Shown: piece by piece, positions 46,912 through 56,020 of the stretch
Layout of the letters: each line of letters starts with the position of its first letter
Position numbering within the stretch: position 1 is the stretch's first letter
From: a virus
DNA length: 64,000 nucleotides
Strand: one strand, 5' to 3'
IMG/VR virus record: IMGVR_UViG_3300037264_004923
Location: 37,764 to 101,763 of that record
The notes under the pieces: generated by a model
Database searches by the model: none
What the model saw: only the letters and a program-made list of their open reading frames with translations
What the model was told of the DNA's origin: nothing
Program-made: the position numbers and the translations under genes

Positions 46912-49089
46912 TTAAGATCTGCTCTTATCGAGCTCTGACAAGCGGGCAACAACCATCTTACCTATACGATCCCAAGTAAAGTTCTCTGATATGTAATCTC
47001 GCGCCTTGGCACCCTTCGCACGGGACTCATCTCTGTTATTGTAGACGTGGCGCATTATGTTTATGGCGTTCTCCAAATCTGGTTCGCACCAATACTGGTC
47101 GCCTCGGTAGTACGGGGAAAATTTATTCATCCCGCATACGGGCGTCAAAGTGTAATTCGTCAAATAGCTATTATCTGGCTTCAAAAATTCCGTCTGTCCT
47201 CCATATCCTGGAGTGATGACGGGCTTGCCACAGGCTGCCGCTTCAAAGTGTGGAAGTCCCCAACCCTCGGATCGCTGTAGAAGTATAAAACAATCTGAGC
47301 GTTTGTGAAGAGCAAGAATGTTCTCCCGGCTCATATTCTCTACAACCAGAAACATTTTCGGAAAGTGTGGCAAGTTGATGAAGTTCTTGTATTCCATAAT
47401 CAGCTTACGAATCTGTTCTTTATCGCCACTATGATCGAAGAGGTAGGTCTTCAATACCAAAATTACATCCTCTACCCCACTGAAAGCAGCGCAGTAAGCG
47501 GAGAGAAGAGCGTAAGGATTCTTTCGCTCCTGCCATTGGAAAATGGAAGTGAAGACGAAAGGATTTCCGTCCAGCCCATTAAGATCGAAGGTAGGAAGAG
47601 AACCCATGTTCGGAACCTCTATGGCGTGAGGAACTTTGTGTAGAGGTACCGTAACGCCAGACTCTTTGAATACCTTCATGTTCCAGTCGCAGGGCAACCA
47701 AACCTCATTCGCTTTATTACAGGCTGTTACCCAAGTAGGATGAATCTTGCTAGACTCCCACACAGTATATCCGATGATGTACTTGTTCTTTTCGAAGCGC
47801 GTAAAGTTTTCCCAGAGGTCTGGGGTGGAGTGGACGATTACCTTATCGTAATCTATTCGGGCATTGATTAGCTCCCGAAGGGTATCTCCGTCCTTTCCCA
47901 GATCAGGGCGAGTACGCTCAAAGCTAATAGGCGCTAAGGTAACCGGATAGCCCTGACGATGGATAGACAGAACATAATTCCTGGCTGCCTCGGCATAGCC
48001 AGAGTTTCCGCACCACACCGCTTTGCCGTTCCTTCGAACAAAGAGAGTGTGATTAGGAACTGACGCGCAATACACCTTGCCCTTATATGTGATGCTCGTA
48101 TTTTTGGTAGCATCTCCGTTTCCCCAATTGGCGCCGTCTATAGCACAGAGTTGTTGTTTCCAGCGGACAGAAATGTTCCAGTTATCTTCTCTACAAACAC
48201 AATCTCTACCATAAATTTGTATCTTGTCTCCTTTTTCCTGAACCTTGGTATAAGAACCACTCAGCCCAGTTTTCAAAAGAAGCTCCATAAAATCATCTCG
48301 TAATCTAATGGAAGCAGTAGTGTAAGAAGAGCCTCCGTCTTTAGGCGCATGTCCATCTCCTAACATTAGAGCACTAAATAGTACCAGGAGTTGATTGCTG
48401 GAACACTGGTTCAGTATTTCACGAGGAATATACTTGTGATACTTATCTCCAAATGTAGATTTCAAATAAATAGCCAAGTTTTTGTCATTTACTATAGCAC
48501 GTTCTTCCTTCCTTACATTCACCTTATTGGTGGTTATTCTCTGTAAGGCGGCCGCCATTTTATCAAGGTGAATACCCGTCTGCCTTATTTGAACAATGTA
48601 GTGCTTGTTAGGAGTTACGGTAGAGGAACCTTCAGAAAGATAATAGCCCAAAAACTCCAACCACTCTTCTGTTTTTATTTGGCGACCACAAATTTCCACG
48701 AAAGGTAAATCAGGAACGGCGTTAAGGCAATCTTTTTTGAATAGTCTATACTTGCCTAAAACTTGCGCAGCCTTTTCAAAACGGAACCCAGAGCATTTTC
48801 GATTGTTTCTTCTAAAGATTTCAGGTGCAACGTACATGTTATGGTCAGGCGTAACCAAAAGATCTATACCGGCCCTGTGGTTATAGAAATGGCACATTTC
48901 CCCTTCCCAATCTTTGGCTATAAGTTGCTCAGGTTTATGATACTCCAAGTAACCAGAAGGATTCAAAGTGGCAAGGGGGTCTCCGAAGGATAGTTCTGAA
49001 AAGAATTTCCAACCGTCGGCAGTCAAGACTTCAGTCTCACTATCGTAACATCCATCAAAAACGGGACCGATATACTTTACGCCTGCCAT
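46912..49089 (-). CDS. GT4 glycosyltransferase interrupted by an intein
   Basis: FDG|SGYAEAAR after splicing, ERKN, RSEGWGLPHFEA. Confidence 0.9.
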   Translation of the reverse strand: MAGVKYIGPVFDGCYDSETEVLTADGWKFFSELSFGDPLATLNPSGYLEYHKPEQLIAKDWEGEMCHFYNHRAGIDLLVTPDHNMYVAPEIFRRNNRKCSGFRFEKAAQVLGKYRLFKKDCLNAVPDLPFVEICGRQIKTEEWLEFLGYYLSEGSSTVTPNKHYIVQIRQTGIHLDKMAAALQRITTNKVNVRKEERAIVNDKNLAIYLKSTFGDKYHKYIPREILNQCSSNQLLVLFSALMLGDGHAPKDGGSSYTTASIRLRDDFMELLLKTGLSGSYTKVQEKGDKIQIYGRDCVCREDNWNISVRWKQQLCAIDGANWGNGDATKNTSITYKGKVYCASVPNHTLFVRRNGKAVWCGNSGYAEAARNYVLSIHRQGYPVTLAPISFERTRPDLGKDGDTLRELINARIDYDKVIVHSTPDLWENFTRFEKNKYIIGYTVWESSKIHPTWVTACNKANEVWLPCDWNMKVFKESGVTVPLHKVPHAIEVPNMGSLPTFDLNGLDGNPFVFTSIFQWQERKNPYALLSAYCAAFSGVEDVILVLKTYLFDHSGDKEQIRKLIMEYKNFINLPHFPKMFLVVENMSRENILALHKRSDCFILLQRSEGWGLPHFEAAACGKPVITPGYGGQTEFLKPDNSYLTNYTLTPVCGMNKFSPYYRGDQYWCEPDLENAINIMRHVYNNRDESRAKGAKARDYISENFTWDRIGKMVVARLSELDKSRS
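48004..49050 (-). mobile_element. Intein with LAGLIDADG homing endonuclease (349 aa)
   Basis: CYDSETEVLT (block A), VTPDH (block B), FLGYYLSEG and LMLGDG, VYC, WCGN|S. Confidence 0.93.
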
Positions 49090-50420
49090 TAGAGTAGATC
49101 TCCCTTCAGCACAGGACGGGACAGGTTGGGACCCTGCGTAGCGGGGGGGCGAGTAGCTTCCGCGATAATTTGATCAAACATATTCAGCCATCGAGGATTC
49201 ACTTGCTTATCCCACACCAGATTGTTCATCACCATGTTGTAGGCAGTTTCTGCCCTTTTCTTTGACTCGTCTCGGTTATCATGAACCTCAAGCAGTCGTT
49301 GAACAACTTCGTTGATGTGCGCGGTGGGGCGAGGAACCTCGTTATCGTTCGGAAGAACCGTGATGTGGTCGGCATCCTGTCCGCTTGCGTAGGGATAACC
49401 AGTCTCCTCGGTGATGTATTCGCCCAGGCAGGTGTTGTTCGGGAAGATAACGGGAACCTTACAAGCCATGGCTTCTGTCCAACTTAAGCCCCATCCTTCA
49501 CCCACAGTGGTGCTAATAACTGCGTCGCTCGCGTTATATATCAAGTTCAAAATGTTCAACGGGAAACCAGTAGATGGGGAGAAGTTCTGAGGCAGAATAA
49601 CATCCTTGGTGATATCCAGATCAAACGCCTTGATAACCTCTGGAAGGTTCCAGCCCTGGTCTTGGGCCGCCATGTGCAGATAGAGAAGGCTCTCAGGTCG
49701 CTGTTTCTGGAATTCCTTGAAGGCACGAATGGTGGCAGGAATGTCCTTACGCTGCTGGTTTCGATTGACGTTGGTAATGATGAAGCGGTTCGACATAGTC
49801 CCAAAGAACTGCTCTCGAAACTGCTTAATCTCTGCAGCGGGGACAGGGAAGAATACCTTAGGATTTACCCCGTGCGGCATGATCTGCAAGCGCTCACCAA
49901 TCTCTGGAACTACCATAGAGGACATGTTGTGCGCAAACTGAGAATAGGTTACCGGGTAATCTACGCAATTCGCAGCATCAATCCAGGCCTTCTTGGGGAT
50001 ACCATCCACAGGGAAGTAGAATACGCTCTTAAATTGCTTCCCAGCCTGCTTCAAAGAAGCGATAAGATTGGGTAGGAAATCAAGAATGAAAGTATCCTGA
50101 AGGAAGAATAAGATGTCGTATTCCAACCGAGGGTCATGGAGGTGCTGCTGAAGGCGTTGACGTCCATAGGGGTCCCGCTGGTTATTGATCGCCATCGGCC
50201 AGATCTTGAAAGGATATTCGTGTGGGTCCCCCCAGTAGTTAATACCAAGGATGTCTACATCAAAGCGTCCTGAAGCATGAAGAGCAGGAAGAATGTTTCT
50301 GGAGACCTGACCAAAGCCTGTTGCGCAGGTTGGAGAGTCTCCGTAGAAAATAATCTTGCTCTTTTTCTTTTCACCAGCGACATTGATTCGCTTTAGAAAC
50401 TCGGGTTGCTGATTGCTCAT
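49089..50420 (-). CDS. GT4 glycosyltransferase
   Basis: DSPTCATGFGQV, PHGV, NRNQQRK, GEGWGLSWTEAMAC. Confidence 0.9.
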   Translation of the reverse strand: MSNQQPEFLKRINVAGEKKKSKIIFYGDSPTCATGFGQVSRNILPALHASGRFDVDILGINYWGDPHEYPFKIWPMAINNQRDPYGRQRLQQHLHDPRLEYDILFFLQDTFILDFLPNLIASLKQAGKQFKSVFYFPVDGIPKKAWIDAANCVDYPVTYSQFAHNMSSMVVPEIGERLQIMPHGVNPKVFFPVPAAEIKQFREQFFGTMSNRFIITNVNRNQQRKDIPATIRAFKEFQKQRPESLLYLHMAAQDQGWNLPEVIKAFDLDITKDVILPQNFSPSTGFPLNILNLIYNASDAVISTTVGEGWGLSWTEAMACKVPVIFPNNTCLGEYITEETGYPYASGQDADHITVLPNDNEVPRPTAHINEVVQRLLEVHDNRDESKKRAETAYNMVMNNLVWDKQVNPRWLNMFDQIIAEATRPPATQGPNLSRPVLKGDLL

Positions 50421-50647
50421 TTCCCTTTTCCTCCGTTAATCAAGAGTAATGCCCTCTTAATGATCCTACGGGGTACATCCAATATGTCCCCGTATTTGTT
50501 CTTTACGTAGATGGTATAATTGGTGAACTTATCTACCTCGCCAAACATCTTTCCGCCATCTTTCAATTCAATCGCGATGCGCGGATTGCCTAATTCCTCA
50601 AGCTGCGCTTTCGTCTTCATCAATGATTGTGTCTTGTTCGTATCCAT
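50417..50647 (-). CDS. Sm/Hfq-like small protein
   Basis: IAIELKDG..MFGEVDKFTNYTIYV resembles the Sm1 motif; start placed at 50647. Confidence 0.5.
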   Translation of the reverse strand: MDTNKTQSLMKTKAQLEELGNPRIAIELKDGGKMFGEVDKFTNYTIYVKNKYGDILDVPRRIIKRALLLINGGKGK

Positions 50648-51803
50648 CGAATTGTGATACCGCCTTCTCATCAATCTTTGCAGCCCTTGTCTTATAGACA
50701 GGCGCATTATAGGACACCTGGGCGATACGAGCAAGCTTGTTCTTAAGCTGCGGATCTTCCTTAGCATAGCGATCCAGACGAGCCTTATTTACGTTAAGCA
50801 CTGAAAGTAGATCTTCCTTAGGAATAAGATCCACTACCTGCTCCACATCGTAGTTAGTTCGAGATTGCTGAGAAGAGTAGAGCTCCTTACCGCCTCCCTG
50901 AATAGTCTCACCTCGCATAAACTTCTCGTGGGCAGTCATTTTCAAGTCCCGCTGTCGGGATTCAAGAATGGCTTTTTGATCGGCAGTCTCTTCCCAATGC
51001 GCAACGAATTCATCATCACTGATGTCAGTAAGGGGGCGAAGCTTCAGTTGCTTGGAGTTAATGAAGTTCGCATAGGCCGGACAACGATCTTTGTAATCAC
51101 ACCATCCGCAAAGGCGGTTAATGTTCCCTACTACCTCTTCCTCTTCCAGTTTGTTGATCTGCATCCAAATACTCTGGAGAAATTCCCCAAAAAGTTGGTA
51201 TTGTTCCTCTGTGCGAAAGGTAAAAACCTTCTTGTTAATACGAACGAAGTCCAAGTACAAAAGCCTGTTCTTGTACTGCGGCCAAATTAAGCTAGCAGCG
51301 TAGTCGTACATAGATAACTGAACATCATCCTGTAATTCGTAGGGAGTTAGGGCGTTCCGAGCAGTCTTATAGTCGATGATGGCGATAGTGTCCTCATCGA
51401 TCTTCACAACCTTATCGATCGCGCCCGTAATGGGAATACCAGCAGGTGTGATAATCTTGAACTTATGTTCCACATCTATAATCTCTTCAGATGGATCAAA
51501 GCGGTCTATGAACTCGGTCACAATTCGTCTTCCATCGGTATAGAAGCTCATGTTCTCCAAGCCTTCCTGCGTCGCATTATTCATGAAAGTAGCAATAGCA
51601 AACTCGTAATCGGAAGGATCTGGAAAACTCTTCTTGCTAAGCATTCTTAAGGTGAATTGTTCGAGGGCTTCATGGACTGCAGTACCAATCTTGGCGTGAT
51701 CGTTTCGGATAGAAGGAATTTCGCGATCGTAGCGAAGAACGACCTTCAATTTACACTGCAGAAAATCCTTAATTCCAGTTGCAGATAGGGCCTTAATGTA
51801 CAT
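50598..51803 (-). CDS. PD-(D/E)XK exonuclease (RecB/Cas4-like)
   Basis: LSAT..C, GTAVH, GAIDK, IIDYKT, QLSMY, CGWCDYKDRC. Confidence 0.88.
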   Translation of the reverse strand: MYIKALSATGIKDFLQCKLKVVLRYDREIPSIRNDHAKIGTAVHEALEQFTLRMLSKKSFPDPSDYEFAIATFMNNATQEGLENMSFYTDGRRIVTEFIDRFDPSEEIIDVEHKFKIITPAGIPITGAIDKVVKIDEDTIAIIDYKTARNALTPYELQDDVQLSMYDYAASLIWPQYKNRLLYLDFVRINKKVFTFRTEEQYQLFGEFLQSIWMQINKLEEEEVVGNINRLCGWCDYKDRCPAYANFINSKQLKLRPLTDISDDEFVAHWEETADQKAILESRQRDLKMTAHEKFMRGETIQGGGKELYSSQQSRTNYDVEQVVDLIPKEDLLSVLNVNKARLDRYAKEDPQLKNKLARIAQVSYNAPVYKTRAAKIDEKAVSQFDGYEQDTIIDEDESAA

Positions 51804-52119
51804 TATTTGATAACCTCGTCTTTTTTCCCCACTCCTGAATAAGATTTCTCAAGGTGGTTGAATGTTCGTCGCCTTGGAATAAAGAGCAACGCTTGCAGTG
51901 TCGCTATTCTTGTACAAACTTCATGAGAGCGCACTCGTTAAGGGGCTGAACCTGTGAATTGAACCGGCATAGAGACGGTTGGCCAGGCATCTGTTTGCTT
52001 ATTCCGGCTACAGAATGTCCCCAGAGATACTTGTAATCTCGGGTTGTTCCATAGGAACGAACATGCTGATAACAGTTGTCATTTTTAATCCTTTTGTGTT
52101 TAAACGAGAGTACGACTAT

Positions 52120-52581
52120 CTAAAAATCATCCTGCTTTGTCATCGCCAGATGGAGAGCCCAAGCATCAGTGATGTCGTTATATTCTTTGAAATTCCAGCC
52201 CAAAGAGAAAGTGGAGTTGAAATAGTTAAACACATCCTCTTTGGTTATCTTGCCTTCCAGACCAAGAGCTTTGCGAGCCGAAGTAGCAGTAAGGAGCACC
52301 ACCTTTGCCTTCTTTGAAGCAGCAACTTCCGAGGCGACGCCCCCAAATTTAGCAAGGGCTTTTACCGTATGTATGCTGCTAAAACCCAATCTATAATGCA
52401 CATCTTCTATTACTACAACTTTTGGTTTGTGCTTTATCAGCAAGACGGAAAGTTCCTTCCGGAACAGAACGAGTTTAGCTGGGAATTCCAAGTCTTCTTT
52501 GATCTTTATCATTCCACAATTTTCTTGATCTACGAACCAACCTGTAGATTTTGTAGAGATGTCCAGAGCCAGGATCTTCAT
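52120..52581 (-). CDS. ruvC: RuvC-like Holliday junction resolvase
   Basis: ILALDISTKSTG, VVIED, DITDA. Confidence 0.85.
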   Translation of the reverse strand: MKILALDISTKSTGWFVDQENCGMIKIKEDLEFPAKLVLFRKELSVLLIKHKPKVVVIEDVHYRLGFSSIHTVKALAKFGGVASEVAASKKAKVVLLTATSARKALGLEGKITKEDVFNYFNSTFSLGWNFKEYNDITDAWALHLAMTKQDDF

Positions 52582-52626
52582 CGGTCCTCCTGAGAGCGGT
52601 AAGCCCCCGGAAAGAATAATAAAACC

Positions 52627-53433
52627 CTATCCTTTCGAAAGCAATCCGTGAAGCGCGGTCTTCTCCTCTTCGTTCAATTGATCAAGGCTTGGGTACTTAA
52701 CGGAGATCTGAAGCATCACATCGCCCGGCGCTCCTCCGTTGAACCCACGTCCTCCTGCCGCGGCGATGCGCAGGATGGATCCGTTATGTAGCCCGGGAGG
52801 AATTTGAACATTGATCTGTCTTTCTTCGGAAACAATACCCCGCCCCTGGCACGGCTCGCAAGTCTTACTAATCCTTTGTCCTTGCCCTCGACAAGCAGGA
52901 CAGGTGCTTTGAAGGATCATGTTGGGTTCTTGCCGAACAATACTACCCGCGCCCTTACATTCGGGGCAAGTTTGGAATTCTGTTCCGCCTTTAGTTCCAC
53001 AGACATCACACGGAGAGTTTGTTGAATACTGGAAGTTTTTCTCCGCCCCAAATAAAGCTTCGGCAAGTCCCAGTTCTAATCCCAGCTGTACTCCCTGTCC
53101 TCGTGCTGACTGAGGCTGTCTTGGTTCCCTTCTAAAAGAGAAGTTCCCAAAATTGCGCATGAACTCCATCGGATCCCCATAAGTTCTAAATCCATGATGA
53201 GGACCAGAAGGGTCGCCCGAAAGATCATAGTTAGCTTTCTTCTCTGGATCGGAGAGAACAGAGTAGGCTTCGGAGATCTCTTTGAATTTCTCCTCCGCAA
53301 CCTTTCTCTGTTCTTCTCCATCTACTTGGTGTTTATCAGGGTGCCATTCATTGGCAAGCACACGATAGGCTTTCTTGATTGCCTTTTCGTCAGCATCCCT
53401 TTCTACGCCGAGCAAGTTGTAATAATCCTTCAA
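52627..53433 (-). CDS. dnaJ: DnaJ chaperone (J domain, Zn finger, shortened C-terminus)
   Basis: HPD and four CxxCxGxG-like repeats. Confidence 0.93.
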   Translation of the reverse strand: MKDYYNLLGVERDADEKAIKKAYRVLANEWHPDKHQVDGEEQRKVAEEKFKEISEAYSVLSDPEKKANYDLSGDPSGPHHGFRTYGDPMEFMRNFGNFSFRREPRQPQSARGQGVQLGLELGLAEALFGAEKNFQYSTNSPCDVCGTKGGTEFQTCPECKGAGSIVRQEPNMILQSTCPACRGQGQRISKTCEPCQGRGIVSEERQINVQIPPGLHNGSILRIAAAGGRGFNGGAPGDVMLQISVKYPSLDQLNEEEKTALHGLLSKG

Positions 53434-53444
53434 AATCGTGCCTT

Positions 53445-53627
53445 TCAGAGTTTTCGCAAACTACCGTTTTCATCCTCTTCAAAGTAGAGAGTGAAGTTAC
53501 TATAGCAGTATCCGCAGTAGTATGTGGCGCTGAGTGAATAGTGCTCCCTTGTCTTGGTCAGCAAGGGCATACCATCAATGGGCTGCCCACAATACACGCA
53601 ATCTTGGATATCAAACTCAGCGGTCAT
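53445..53627 (-). CDS. Small Zn-ribbon protein
   Basis: CVYC...CGYC. Confidence 0.6.
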   Translation of the reverse strand: MTAEFDIQDCVYCGQPIDGMPLLTKTREHYSLSATYYCGYCYSNFTLYFEEDENGSLRKL

Positions 53628-53965
53628 ACATTCCTAATGACTTCACCGTGAAGTACGATGTCGTTCTCATTGATCTCTACCCCGAACACATTGAAGCACT
53701 CATCGTCCTTCAGGTCGGGGTAGCGAACATTGGCAAACATCACTCGAATAACTTCCCAGAGGGACAGAACACCATCATCAAATACGGTGAAGCTATCCTC
53801 ACCGGCAAACTTTAGTTGTTCGTTAGCGCTGTTGGCCTTGACCAGAGTACTCAGCTGGCCTTTGTTAGGGATAGAGATCTCAAGCTTTCGCACCAACTCC
53901 CATTCGTATTCACGGGCGGGAAGGAGTAGGAAGCCTGGAGCTACGCCTTTTACCTGATTAGGCAT
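53624..53965 (-). CDS. Hypothetical protein
   Basis: 113-aa ORF coupled on both sides. Confidence 0.7.
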   Translation of the reverse strand: MPNQVKGVAPGFLLLPAREYEWELVRKLEISIPNKGQLSTLVKANSANEQLKFAGEDSFTVFDDGVLSLWEVIRVMFANVRYPDLKDDECFNVFGVEINENDIVLHGEVIRNV

Positions 53966-54596
53966 GGATCGCCTCGGGGGTAGTGAAGTTGGTCACCACA
54001 GCGTCGGTGAATACGCGCTTCTGTCCGTTATCACCGGTGAAGCTTCTATCCTGGATGTGCCCAGATACCTTAACAACTCCACCTTCGCCTACGGAATTCA
54101 GACCCTCAGCAATGTCATCCCAAGCGGTAATGCGAATGTAGGAGGAACCAAGAGTTCCGTCCTGCTTCACAAATGGGATCTTGACCTTGGACTTGAATAG
54201 GGAAGTACCGCGCTCTCCCACGGTCTTCAGTTCCGGCCAAACTATCTCGCCCTGAAGGATGAACTGGTTCTCGCCGGTGGTTGCCTCTACCGCTTCCACG
54301 CCATCAACGACGATGTCGGTAACGGACTGGCGCTTACCTTCCTTATTCGTGAAGGAACGCTCCTGAATGCGACCAGACACACGAATGTTGGTCCTTGGTG
54401 GTAGAGTATTTAGATACTCCGCGAACTCGTCCCACGCAGTGATGCGAAGGTATGCTTTCTGGATTTCGCCGGTGAATTGGTTCGCGGTAGGAATGCAAAC
54501 CTTGGCCTTGAACAAAGGTTTACCGGCGCCAGTGTATTTCAGTTCTGGCCAGCAAAGCTCGCCCTGAAGTAAAACAGAATTGATCCCGTCAGTCAT
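53958..54596 (-). CDS. ssb: Single-stranded DNA-binding protein with two tandem OB folds
   Basis: Duplicated LQGE..WPELK / RITAWD / VSG.IQ.RSFT modules. Confidence 0.88.
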   Translation of the reverse strand: MTDGINSVLLQGELCWPELKYTGAGKPLFKAKVCIPTANQFTGEIQKAYLRITAWDEFAEYLNTLPPRTNIRVSGRIQERSFTNKEGKRQSVTDIVVDGVEAVEATTGENQFILQGEIVWPELKTVGERGTSLFKSKVKIPFVKQDGTLGSSYIRITAWDDIAEGLNSVGEGGVVKVSGHIQDRSFTGDNGQKRVFTDAVVTNFTTPEAIHA

Positions 54597-55602
54597 GATG
54601 TATGTATCCTCCAAAATAGTGCTGAATATCAGCATGTGTGAAATTCTTAGGGTCCTTGTCCGGAGGCAACCTTAGTGGCTTCACCGATACATAGAAGCTT
54701 AATAGCTTCTCCGCCCTATCCATTGCTTGTTGCCCGGCTTCATCCGGATCCAACATTAGAACAACTTCATCTGAATAAATCGAAAGTAATTGCGCTTGCC
54801 TTGACGTCAGACCTGTGCCCATTGCGGCTACGGTGTTCCATACCCCGTGAAGAGCCAAAGTCCAAACATCTACGAAACCTTCAACCAAGATAAGAGTACG
54901 AGGTAATCCCACATACTCTTTAGCAACATCCAAGTTGTATAGGGTAATTCCTTTAGGCACATTCTTTACCAGAATGTACTTAGGGTCTTCATCACTATCT
55001 GTCCGTCTGGCGCTGATCGTTAGAACGTTGCCTTCTGGATCTCGAATAGGAATGGTTTCCCTATGAACACCTTTACCATCTGTCATTCCACCCACTTGAA
55101 AAAAGTCAAGCAGGTCTTTAGGAAAGCCTCTATTGATGAAGTAATCACTTCTCTTCTTCATCATTTCTTCGACGACTTCTTCTGAATAGGAACCAGTATC
55201 GATCTCTTTTGCCTTGGCGGCTTGCTGGATTTCCTTATCGATTTCCCGCTGTTGCTTTAACTTCAGATACTCTGCGGAAAAGTCATCCTGGTTGTTCAGA
55301 TTTACACCAGCAATGTCGGCTAAAAGCTGAACACTTTGAGTGAAGGATTGCCCGGTTACCCGTTGCACCAATCCTACAAGATCTCTATCATTTTCGCCTT
55401 CGCAATGACGAGTATAGCAGCACCATGTTCGGGTTTCCAAGTTGAACCTAAAACCAGTTGGGTTATCTCCACCATGAACCTTACAAGGACCTCGGAGTTC
55501 TTTTGCCCCTCGACGAACTACATGGAAACCAAGGTGGAGAAGAACAGCCTCTGCATCGACGCCCTGCTTAACTCTGTGAATCATCTCCGGCTGGATTTTC
55601 AC
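54589..55602 (-). CDS. dnaG: DnaG-type primase
   Basis: CKVH...CYTRHC zinc domain, LVEGFVD, DPDEAG, KDP. Confidence 0.9.
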   Translation of the reverse strand: MKIQPEMIHRVKQGVDAEAVLLHLGFHVVRRGAKELRGPCKVHGGDNPTGFRFNLETRTWCCYTRHCEGENDRDLVGLVQRVTGQSFTQSVQLLADIAGVNLNNQDDFSAEYLKLKQQREIDKEIQQAAKAKEIDTGSYSEEVVEEMMKKRSDYFINRGFPKDLLDFFQVGGMTDGKGVHRETIPIRDPEGNVLTISARRTDSDEDPKYILVKNVPKGITLYNLDVAKEYVGLPRTLILVEGFVDVWTLALHGVWNTVAAMGTGLTSRQAQLLSIYSDEVVLMLDPDEAGQQAMDRAEKLLSFYVSVKPLRLPPDKDPKNFTHADIQHYFGGYIHHD

Positions 55603-56020
55603 TTGTTACCCTCTTGATAGCTTCGAACACGAGCTTAACTTGCTGTCTTACGGTCGCATCGGATACGTTGGGAACATTCTTAACTCCAGCCTCTCGGTAG
55701 CGCTTCAGTTCCTCGGACACGATCGCGAACACTTCGTCCTGTACATCGTCAAATTCCAAGTTGGAAACATCGTTAAAGGTTGCACGTAATCTCTCACTCA
55801 CCCTGCCCATGAGTGTTACGAAATCGTGAAGGTCAAATACGCCCTTTTCATCTTTGATTCGCCCAGCAAAAAATCCCAGGACCATAGGCAGAAACGGAAG
55901 AATCTTCTTTACTATATTGCGGACTTTCTCGTTCGTGTAATAAACATAAGACAAACCACCAAAAGATGCAACTATGCCAACTATAATGGACACATCACGT
56001 AGCTGGGTAAAATCAATCAT
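55568..56020 (-). CDS. Membrane-associated hypothetical protein
   Basis: N-terminal hydrophobic segments. Confidence 0.6.
   Translation of the reverse strand: MIDFTQLRDVSIIVGIVASFGGLSYVYYTNEKVRNIVKKILPFLPMVLGFFAGRIKDEKGVFDLHDFVTLMGRVSERLRATFNDVSNLEFDDVQDEVFAIVSEELKRYREAGVKNVPNVSDATVRQQVKLVFEAIKRVTSENPAGDDSQS

Noticed and set aside
50598-51803. Cas4 / CRISPR system
   Set aside because: No repeat-spacer array or other cas genes were seen in the window; it fits a phage RecB-like exonuclease.
51854-52035. Plus-strand Cys-rich frame with an internal TGA (selenocysteine or readthrough)
   Set aside because: It is antisense to the operon, short, and has no recognisable SECIS or motif; likely chance.
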